A stretch of DNA of 64,000 nucleotides from a virus (lineage: Duplodnaviria > Caudoviricetes), in IMG/VR virus record IMGVR_UViG_3300022661_000051; one strand, 5' to 3'. Shown here in pieces: positions 26,124 through 34,099 of the stretch (position 1 is its first letter; every line of letters begins with the position of its first letter). Both the position numbers and the translations under genes were made by a program. The notes under the pieces were generated by a model, which searched no databases, was not told where the DNA came from, and was given only the letters and a program-made list of their open reading frames with translations.

Positions 26124-28457
26124 TTACATATCTTCCTCGAAGTCAATATCCTTAAGGAGTAAATCCTTATTAGAGTTAATATAACGCATCTGTTCTATTT
26201 CTCTAGATATATCATCGAATTGATATCTTATGAGTGTTCTGTTCTCGGGATTCAATGTACTGATACCGAGCATCTCAGGATCCATCTCACCAAGTCCCTT
26301 AAAACGGGATAATGTTGTAGGAACGAATCCATTAAATTGTTTCATTACCTGATATAATGTAGCATCAACTCCGTTTAATTTGTACATTAACTGCGAATTG
26401 TCTGTATACTGCAGAATGTCTGCACATTCTGATAAGAGGTAATCATTAAAGAACACTTCATGTTCTTTATCATCAGCAAGACCTTTAAAGATTATCGTGT
26501 TCGATTTTGTGATAACCGTTCCATCCATAAATCTATAATGCTTCTTGATTAATGATATGAGCTTCTTAGAGTCTAAATGCCTATAATAGCATAAAAGCTC
26601 GAGAAGCTTTGGTGATATTGCATAATTTGTACTTACGTGTTCTAATGCATTGACATATCCTTCATTTCTGTACAAAAGGGATAATACTTCCTTGTTCGAA
26701 AGTTTTACGCCTTTAGAATCTGTCAGTTCAAATTTTGCTGCGAACTGGTTCTGAACATACTTGATGAATTCAAGTTTATTTGCGAAAAATGTCCATTTAC
26801 CATTTCTGCCAGGTATACCATAAAGAGGAGGAAGTGCTGCAAATACACGGCCTGCCTCGACAAGAGGTCGACAATACATTGCTAAGAATCTCACTGCTAA
26901 TGTTCTAATATGAGCTCCATCAGGATCGGCGTCGGCCATTATAATAACTCGGTCTACCTTACACTTAGAGAGGTCGAAGTTCTCTCCCCATCCAGCATCC
27001 AGTATATTTAATATACCTGTACACTCAGCATTTTTCATGATCTCAGCCTTGGATTTCACAAATACATTAGGCATTTTACCACGAATAGGATATATACCCT
27101 GTGTTTCGTGGTTACGACTATTTCTTGCGGAACCATAAGCTGAATCACCCTCAACTATAATCAACTCTGTATTCTTAGTTCCATTCGGCTTAATATACTT
27201 TGCCGGAAGACCATTTGAGAATGCAGAAGTCTGAAAATTTTTCGACAGCTTAACTTTCTTATTATCTGTCGAGAGTCTGAGGTCGATCATCTCCTTAATC
27301 CATTTACAGATTTTCTGGAGATCATTCGGATTGACTTTAGCCCATTCGTTTAACCCTTCCTGTACAGTTGTAGAAACAAATGGAATCATATCCTCATTAT
27401 CGAGAATTTCTTTAGCCTGTCCATTATAGATGGCATAAAGATGGAATGTAGATACTGCAAGTTTAAGACCAACACGAATATCCTGTGCAGTAGCAACAAG
27501 TTTGTTCTTACTCTTAACATTAGCAAGATAAATCTTGTTCATGTAATTTCGGAACCATTTTACAATTCCGTCGAGCGCGCCTTCAACATGAGTGCCACCA
27601 TCGGTGGGACATGTATTGTTAAGACTTATAATATGCTCAACAGAATCAGGTGAAGTATCATAGGTAAATGCAACATTAACCTTCATCTGTCCATTATCTG
27701 CTGATACGCAAATAGGATTGATATAAGGATTCTGAGTCATGTTAATCAGATAAGTGAGTATACCGTCCTGATTTACAATAGACTCTACATGCTTCTTACC
27801 AGCAATATCAATACCGATAAACTCCGCAGTTGTTCCTATCGGAGCTGATGGTACGATAGTTGATATTAAATGATAAACTTCTGTCCATGAAGCTGTAACT
27901 TGTCCGATAACATCTTCATTTGGTATGAAAGATACGATAGATCCTTGTCTTCCATCACAAGGAACATCTATCTCTCCCTTATTCCATAAATGACCCTCAT
28001 GAAACTCTGCGTATTTACCCTTACCGACAACGTAAGAAGTAACGGTGAATTTATGAGACAGTGCATTTGTAGTGGAACCTCCACAGCCGTTTTTACCTGC
28101 AGAGTATTCGTACGGTTTCTTGGTATAATTCGAAGAAGTATGGTCGGAACCGAAAATCTTTCCAATCATTCCGTGTGGGATACCTCTTCCGTTATCTTCA
28201 ACCGTAATACTATGATCTCTTTCATCGTATGTTATTATAACATTCGGACTGAAAGCAACACCCTTGAGTATTTCATCAATAGCATTCTGAAATATCTCAC
28301 GTGTCATAGTAAGAAAAGCTACGTTACCTGCAACCTTTCCTATATAAACGTCAGGAGTTTGACGAACTTTTTGTACAAAGTCCTCAATACTCGTGACCTC
28401 TTTCGCGTAGTTTTTAGCTCTTTCTTCAAGAGCTGTTGTTGTATTTGTCTTTGCCAT
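26124..28457 (-). CDS. gyrB: Type IIA topoisomerase subunit B (GyrB/ParE-like)
   Basis: EIFQNAIDE, EDNGRGIP, GGTH, VEGDSA, PIRGK, IMADADPDGAHI, RFKGLGEM. Confidence 0.95.
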   Translation of the reverse strand: MAKTNTTTALEERAKNYAKEVTSIEDFVQKVRQTPDVYIGKVAGNVAFLTMTREIFQNAIDEILKGVAFSPNVIITYDERDHSITVEDNGRGIPHGMIGKIFGSDHTSSNYTKKPYEYSAGKNGCGGSTTNALSHKFTVTSYVVGKGKYAEFHEGHLWNKGEIDVPCDGRQGSIVSFIPNEDVIGQVTASWTEVYHLISTIVPSAPIGTTAEFIGIDIAGKKHVESIVNQDGILTYLINMTQNPYINPICVSADNGQMKVNVAFTYDTSPDSVEHIISLNNTCPTDGGTHVEGALDGIVKWFRNYMNKIYLANVKSKNKLVATAQDIRVGLKLAVSTFHLYAIYNGQAKEILDNEDMIPFVSTTVQEGLNEWAKVNPNDLQKICKWIKEMIDLRLSTDNKKVKLSKNFQTSAFSNGLPAKYIKPNGTKNTELIIVEGDSAYGSARNSRNHETQGIYPIRGKMPNVFVKSKAEIMKNAECTGILNILDAGWGENFDLSKCKVDRVIIMADADPDGAHIRTLAVRFLAMYCRPLVEAGRVFAALPPLYGIPGRNGKWTFFANKLEFIKYVQNQFAAKFELTDSKGVKLSNKEVLSLLYRNEGYVNALEHVSTNYAISPKLLELLCYYRHLDSKKLISLIKKHYRFMDGTVITKSNTIIFKGLADDKEHEVFFNDYLLSECADILQYTDNSQLMYKLNGVDATLYQVMKQFNGFVPTTLSRFKGLGEMDPEMLGISTLNPENRTLIRYQFDDISREIEQMRYINSNKDLLLKDIDFEEDM

Positions 28458-28516
28458 TTTTTAACCTCCTACAAAGTTGTCTTTAATACTTTGTTAAGAC
28501 AACTTTAAACAAAAAA

Positions 28517-28541
28517 TAGAGGGCGCTATTCACGCCCTCTA
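28517..28541 (-). terminator. Intrinsic terminator
   Basis: TAGAGGGCG-ctattca-CGCCCTCTA with minus-strand T-run. Confidence 0.75.
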
Positions 28542-28568
28542 ATTAATTGTTACTTTACAACAATCAGA

Positions 28569-29594
28569 TTATACTGTTGCTGTTGTTGTAGTAGTTGTTG
28601 TAGGTGCCGGAACCGGTGTAGGTGCCGGAACCGGTGTAGGTGCAGGGATACCAGGTGTAGGGATATTTCCCATTACCGGTGCCTGCGGTGTTGCCTGAGG
28701 CTGCTGAGGAGCAAAGTTCGGGAATGCCTGAGCTGCGCTCATTCCATTCTGAACCTGTCCAGGTGCAGGAACTACGCCACCTCTTACGAAGTCGCTAGTC
28801 ATGATACCACCTGAAGGCATAGGCTGCTGTCCGTATGTCGGCTGACCCATCATAGGCTGACCGTATGTCGGCTGTCCGTATGTCGGCTGACCCATCATAG
28901 GCTGACCGTATGCAGGCTGTCCATATGTCGGCTGACCCATCATAGGCTGACCGTATGCCGGCTGACCCATCATAGGCTGCTGACCGATTACGCTAAGACC
29001 GAGACCGGTGCCAAGAGCAATCGGATTGTTGAAACCACCGTTCTGATAGTATGGAGTAGACACAGGCTGTACCCACTTATCAATAGCATGCATCGCATTG
29101 CTCCAGTCTTTCGAAGCTGCCTGATACATATCAGGTATCTTCTTAAGGATTACCTGCATTGCGTATACAGTTTCGGCAAATTCTGCCGGAGGATTGATCC
29201 AGTAGAGCTTAATTGACTGGAAGACGTCAAGCATAGCTTCACTGAGCACCTTTACATCATCCACTGTAGGTTTAACTACGTGGAACTCTTCGCCACAATG
29301 GTTACACTTCACCTGATTTGTGGCAGAGTCGACAAGGACGATATCGATGTCGCCGCTGTCCTTTCTGTGGTTACATCTTGCCTTCGCAAGATCCACATTG
29401 CTGATAGAGAAAGGACGAACGCCTGCATTTTTAAGGATAGCATCATCCTCTGCAGTTGTTGTCTTTCTGGTCTTCATGTTCGGAGGTGTAACTGTTATAC
29501 CTCCATTGATTCCGTACTGCGGAATCTGTCCGTATGGAGTTACACCTCCATAATTGTACATGTTGTTTGGATAAAAAATGCCGTCGTTCATCAT
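28569..29594 (-). CDS. Zinc-ribbon protein with prion-like Q/P/G/Y/M low-complexity tail
   Basis: CNH...CNHCGEEF; about ten GQP(MM/TY/AY) pentapeptides; PAPTPV repeats; early promoter 29661-29670. Confidence 0.75.
   Translation of the reverse strand: MMNDGIFYPNNMYNYGGVTPYGQIPQYGINGGITVTPPNMKTRKTTTAEDDAILKNAGVRPFSISNVDLAKARCNHRKDSGDIDIVLVDSATNQVKCNHCGEEFHVVKPTVDDVKVLSEAMLDVFQSIKLYWINPPAEFAETVYAMQVILKKIPDMYQAASKDWSNAMHAIDKWVQPVSTPYYQNGGFNNPIALGTGLGLSVIGQQPMMGQPAYGQPMMGQPTYGQPAYGQPMMGQPTYGQPTYGQPMMGQPTYGQQPMPSGGIMTSDFVRGGVVPAPGQVQNGMSAAQAFPNFAPQQPQATPQAPVMGNIPTPGIPAPTPVPAPTPVPAPTTTTTTTATV
28820..28985 (-). repeat. Coding 15-bp tandem repeat (GQPxx)
   Basis: GGCTGACCCATCATA / GGCTGACCGTATGTC units. 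Confidence 0.85.
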
Positions 29595-29710
29595 TTTTGA
29601 ACTCCTCCTATTATTAAATATTTTTATTTTTTAAAGACAGTAATGTCTTTATACGCTTTTATTATATACAAATGAAACCTTTTTTATCAAGCAATTTACT
29701 TTGCTCGGTA

Positions 29711-30211
29711 TTATATTGTTTCATATGAATTCGGATTGATCATCTTATCATCCGGTTTGAGACTTCTCTTTTCAGTAGTCTCTGACTGATCGCCCATTGA
29801 ATACCATCTTGCATTATTGATATCTTCAAGATATTCGGTATATTTTTCAATGACCGATTTCGATGTAAGCCCCTCTGCAAGTTTGCTATTGAGGAACTGT
29901 AATGTCGTGTTTTTATCAAGACGACATCCAATGAAGTTAATTTCCGAATATGGATATGCTTTAACCTGCATTGGACATATTTTCGATAATGGGGAAGTAG
30001 TGGAGTTGTTGTATTCCATTGAATATAACAACTCATTATCATCATCCCATATTACACAGCTCTCCATTTCATCAACATGGAAAGACGTGTTTACCTGAAT
30101 TATAAGGGGAATGTTAATTGTCAAATTCCCCTCTTTATCAGTTTTGTCTCGAGACGCCTGAGCTAAATGATGAAGCTCGGCTCTCAGTTTCTTGACCTGT
30201 TCAAGTGTCAT
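29711..30211 (-). CDS. Hypothetical protein
   Basis: 166-aa ORF, AAGGAGG SD, late promoter 30241-30252. Confidence 0.8.
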   Translation of the reverse strand: MTLEQVKKLRAELHHLAQASRDKTDKEGNLTINIPLIIQVNTSFHVDEMESCVIWDDDNELLYSMEYNNSTTSPLSKICPMQVKAYPYSEINFIGCRLDKNTTLQFLNSKLAEGLTSKSVIEKYTEYLEDINNARWYSMGDQSETTEKRSLKPDDKMINPNSYETI

Positions 30212-30266
30212 TATTATATGACCTCCTTTACTTATTTCATTATTTATAAGTTAGGAGGTCATCAAT

Positions 30267-30785
30267 TTATACTTTACTACGGTCAGATTGAGTAAACGCG
30301 TTATTTAAATTAATATAGTTTCTGTACTCTGTACATAACTGTCTTAAATTGACAATATACGACTCATGATGAGTTTCTCTATACCCCGCAATCAGAGCTC
30401 TTGCATTTGTGTACAGTTTATATATATTATCCGATATTCCTGCCACTGTTGCTGCGCATACTGGATCTGGAACACTTAATGGTGAAACTAATCCATTCTG
30501 TATTGCGATTCTCGTTACTTCATTTGCATTTTTCATATACTCGAAAAATACTGATAAACCTGCACAATAATCCTCTAACGGTTTCGCTACCTGATTGAGG
30601 CCGATATAGTACATATCTGCTGAATCTTTACTGATATCGAAACTACCATTTGCGAGGTCCTGTAACACTCTCATTGTCGATTTTCTAATCTCGGCATAAT
30701 TTGCTCTGAATGCCCAGTCATCGCCTCTTTTATTTCTCTGCTCGGAGAAATATGATTTTCTATTATTATTAAACTGTGGTTTCAT
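30267..30785 (-). CDS. Hypothetical protein
   Basis: Start refined to ATG 30785 (MKPQF) after AAGGAAG; avoids overlap with the upstream ORF. Confidence 0.75.
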   Translation of the reverse strand: MKPQFNNNRKSYFSEQRNKRGDDWAFRANYAEIRKSTMRVLQDLANGSFDISKDSADMYYIGLNQVAKPLEDYCAGLSVFFEYMKNANEVTRIAIQNGLVSPLSVPDPVCAATVAGISDNIYKLYTNARALIAGYRETHHESYIVNLRQLCTEYRNYINLNNAFTQSDRSKV

Positions 30786-30804
30786 TTTCAATACTTCCTT
30801 TCTT

Positions 30805-31389
30805 TTATTCATTTGTGAAAGATGTATTATATCCATTTCCTGTGGCCGGAGGAGTATCATAGGATTCTTCATCATCTTCCTCGGACCAGATATAGCTACG
30901 GATATTAAAATCATCTTTCGAAATATTATACAGCTTACAACAATGTTCCATAAACTGTACAATGCTAATAGCCTGTGAGCAGGGTACTCCATCGGCTATT
31001 ACCTTTGATCTTTCGACGTCAATATTAAACAAGTCTGGACTGTGTTCATCATTGTCGTCGAGAAGTTCAATTATCTTTTTGAACGTTGCTAAACGTCCAT
31101 TTGTGATTATAAACTCACCATGAACGTTAACTTCTGCCATCGGATATAATGAACAAGGATATGACATATCTTCGCTATTATACCTTTCATCAGTTTCAAA
31201 TGGACAAATTAAGACGATATACATCTTTTCGTCGTCCGTGATCTTTTTCGACTCAATCGAGTCTGTTTTGGTTTGGTTTGATCTGAACTGAACCTTTCTC
31301 TTGTCAGTTTCAAGAATAGATCCAGCCTTTTCGAATATTTCTGACGGAGTCATACCGTCAGGCATCTTCTGAAAAATACTACTACTCAT
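30805..31389 (-). CDS. Hypothetical protein (early)
   Basis: 194-aa ORF, AAGGAGG SD, early promoter 31441-31450. Confidence 0.8.
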   Translation of the reverse strand: MSSSIFQKMPDGMTPSEIFEKAGSILETDKRKVQFRSNQTKTDSIESKKITDDEKMYIVLICPFETDERYNSEDMSYPCSLYPMAEVNVHGEFIITNGRLATFKKIIELLDDNDEHSPDLFNIDVERSKVIADGVPCSQAISIVQFMEHCCKLYNISKDDFNIRSYIWSEEDDEESYDTPPATGNGYNTSFTNE

Positions 31390-31451
31390 TTTTGACCTCC
31401 TTTAAGTTTTTAAATCTGAATGGGGTTATCATTCAATACTATAATATACAA

Positions 31452-32660
31452 CTACCAGAATTTTTTCGGTTTACGTTTTACATAAATGCAGAAATTTCGA
31501 AATCTGGTTAGTCCTACATAGTTCAATTTGTTATTGATATCTTTGTTAAGAAACTCTTCAAAATAAATACCATTACCAAATTCTGAACCCTGTGACATAT
31601 GAGTTGTTATAGCATATCCGAATTCAAATTTATTACCGAAACTATATGCGCTATTCTTAATAAGATTTCGATTAGCTGAGTTAGCGGTTAAGTATCTATA
31701 GTCGCATTCAATATCTAGAAACGGTAAATTTATAAGATCGGGTTTAAAATCTATCCTGAAAGTATTGACCTTTCTATCTACGCCAGTAGCATCTGGAAAG
31801 TTGACTACATTTCCAAGAAGCCCATTTGTTAGATTTATACCTCCAACATCAATATTCCAGTTATTCTTTCTACACACTAATCGTTCACCGTATTGAGGTA
31901 AACTTTCATGATAACCGAGAAGATTATGTCGTACATGATTATTAAATTCATCTCGTGTAGCATTCTTACCACATATAACGATCTGAGATTTTTTAATCAT
32001 ATCGTCTGTCAATTCATCATCATAGATGACGTAAACGTTCCCATACCATCCATTATGAATGGGCTGATTGTTTTTAGCTCTTTGGGAAAGCGTTATTATT
32101 GCATTATTCATGTTCTGTCGCATAATTTCATCAAGAATATGCACTGAACTTGGATCGTTTAGATATCCAGGGTGACCTGTAACCGGAGGTAACTGATCAA
32201 GATCTCCTGCTGCTATTACAGGAATTCCTTTTTCGTCTATTACCTTTCTCATTTCAGGTGTAACCATTGGAGCTTCATCGACAATTATAAGATCTATATT
32301 ATCAAGATGAGGCTTCGGAATAAACTTCAATTGAAGCTTTGGTTTATTAAATATAGGATCGATAATTTCTCTCCCATCAGCATCAAGAACAGGAACTTTG
32401 ATACAGTCATATAACCACGAGTAACAAGTTTTAGCGTTAAGCATTCCCTTGGTTCTCATATTAATAGCTGCAGCTCCTGTATATGCCATAGGAGCGATAC
32501 GAGATCTATCAACTCCTAAAGCATCGATAATTTTATTGATTAAGAATGTTTTACCAGAACCTGGAGGTCCGGATAATTCGAATGTTTGGGTATAGCCTCT
32601 TCTATACCAATCGATAGCGGCGTCATAAATTCGCTGCTGACCACGATTGAGACTAAACAT
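31452..32660 (-). CDS. SF1B helicase (Dda/RecD-like)
   Basis: GPPGSGKT, IIVDEA, GDLDQLPPV, EIMRQ, YAITTHMSQGSEF, YVGLTR. Confidence 0.92.
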   Translation of the reverse strand: MFSLNRGQQRIYDAAIDWYRRGYTQTFELSGPPGSGKTFLINKIIDALGVDRSRIAPMAYTGAAAINMRTKGMLNAKTCYSWLYDCIKVPVLDADGREIIDPIFNKPKLQLKFIPKPHLDNIDLIIVDEAPMVTPEMRKVIDEKGIPVIAAGDLDQLPPVTGHPGYLNDPSSVHILDEIMRQNMNNAIITLSQRAKNNQPIHNGWYGNVYVIYDDELTDDMIKKSQIVICGKNATRDEFNNHVRHNLLGYHESLPQYGERLVCRKNNWNIDVGGINLTNGLLGNVVNFPDATGVDRKVNTFRIDFKPDLINLPFLDIECDYRYLTANSANRNLIKNSAYSFGNKFEFGYAITTHMSQGSEFGNGIYFEEFLNKDINNKLNYVGLTRFRNFCIYVKRKPKKFW

Positions 32661-32661
32661 A

Positions 32662-33195
32662 TTAACCCTTCTTTCTTTCTAACATTCTTTCCTCTTTAAG
32701 AAATACAAGATATTCGTCGATTTCAGGTAAGCGTGATGCTGTCATCCATTCATCCTGTTTAGCTATAAAACTAATAAATCTTAAAGACTCAGACTTGAAA
32801 GGATCTGACACTATATCATATCCAGGTCTAATTCTTGCTGCAACACAAGACTTTCCGAATTCATCAATTGGTGTGAAGAAGAATGACTGTATGTTTATAT
32901 CATTCTCCATCTGATACTTACGGAGATATATATTGAACAAGAACTGCATAAGTTTTGGGTTGTTGATTGGATCGAACGGAACAATTCCTGTACTGTTACT
33001 TACCATATTTTTTGGATAGAATATATACTTTTCGTTATTGTAGAGCAATACATTCTGTCCATCATAGAGAACGCCGTTAACGACATACAACTGCAATGAT
33101 GTAATCAATTCATATTCGATGTCGGCAATCACCTTTAAATAATCGAACTCGTTTGCTTTCATGATTTCTCTTCTCTTCTTCGCTGACATTGCCAT
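32662..33195 (-). CDS. Hypothetical protein
   Basis: Start refined to ATG 33195 after AAGGAG. Confidence 0.75.
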   Translation of the reverse strand: MAMSAKKRREIMKANEFDYLKVIADIEYELITSLQLYVVNGVLYDGQNVLLYNNEKYIFYPKNMVSNSTGIVPFDPINNPKLMQFLFNIYLRKYQMENDINIQSFFFTPIDEFGKSCVAARIRPGYDIVSDPFKSESLRFISFIAKQDEWMTASRLPEIDEYLVFLKEERMLERKKG

Positions 33196-33263
33196 AATTA
33201 AACACTCCTTAATATTATAAACTTTCTCCGCCGAACCATCTATTAAAGACTTACGGGGAGGAA

Positions 33264-33620
33264 TTGACATTGAAGAATTATTCTAAGTATAATTTCATAC
33301 ACGAAGCAATCTTATATGAAGATTGTAATAGAGATGAAATACCTAGTATAAAACATCCATTTTACATAAAGGTACTAGTTCCTCTGGAGTCAGAGGTTGG
33401 TAGTACGATATCTGCAAAACGTAATAACATCATGAACAAAGATGTCACGATGCTTTCTACACAAAACATGCTTAGTGAAGTCACAATAGATTTGTACATT
33501 CCCAGATATCTCTCATTAGACTATCCTGAGGATGTCATTCCTAAAGGAACTAAGTTTTTAGTTTGTTTTGTAGGCGGAAATATTAATAATATCCAAATCA
33601 TAGGGAGGTGTTATCAATGA
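33264..33620 (+). CDS. Putative baseplate hub/spike OB-fold-like protein
   Basis: FYIKVLVP...IPKGTKFLVCFVGGNINNIQIIG resembles the gp5/gpV OB-fold; start uncertain. Confidence 0.45.
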   Translation: MTLKNYSKYNFIHEAILYEDCNRDEIPSIKHPFYIKVLVPLESEVGSTISAKRNNIMNKDVTMLSTQNMLSEVTIDLYIPRYLSLDYPEDVIPKGTKFLVCFVGGNINNIQIIGRCYQ

Positions 33621-34060
33621 TATCATTAGGATCTGTAAAGCCATCTCAAACAAGAACGCTTACTGCGTTTGTTAATTCGAAGCCATCATCTCAATTATCA
33701 TATCATTATCTTTCTCTTCTTGAAAAGGATAGTAAGAATAATATAGAATATCCGGTATATAATGTAATATCTGATTACATTCAGGATCTCAAAAAGAGAT
33801 GTACTGTAGTAACGTTATCGGATAAAGAATATTATACGTATAGATTTAGACCGAAGTTATTGGCCGATTATCTATATGGAAATGGAGAGTTATATTTTAT
33901 CATTCTCCACTTAAACGATATGTGGTCCGTTAAAGACTTTGATAAGAGAACTCTCCTCTTATTACCAAAAACAGACTTATCAGAAATTTTAAGTAGTATC
34001 AATGCTTCCGAAAAGGAATTCATAAATACTTACAACCAATATGCTTCTAACAACAGCTAA
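33608..34060 (+). CDS. Baseplate wedge protein, T4 gp53/LysM-like
   Basis: YRFRPKLLADYLYGNGELYFIILHLN; probable start ATG 33617. Confidence 0.65.
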   Translation: MLSMISLGSVKPSQTRTLTAFVNSKPSSQLSYHYLSLLEKDSKNNIEYPVYNVISDYIQDLKKRCTVVTLSDKEYYTYRFRPKLLADYLYGNGELYFIILHLNDMWSVKDFDKRTLLLLPKTDLSEILSSINASEKEFINTYNQYASNNS

Positions 34061-34065
34061 ACATA

Positions 34066-34091
34066 TCAGGCATACTTCGGTATGCCTGATC
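34066..34091. terminator. Bidirectional terminator
   Basis: ATCAGGCATAC-ttcg-GTATGCCTGAT. Confidence 0.8.
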
Positions 34092-34099
34092 TTGTTCGT

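Noticed and set aside
28820-28985. Possible CRISPR array
   Set aside because: Contiguous 15-bp units with no spacers, in frame within a CDS; no cas genes
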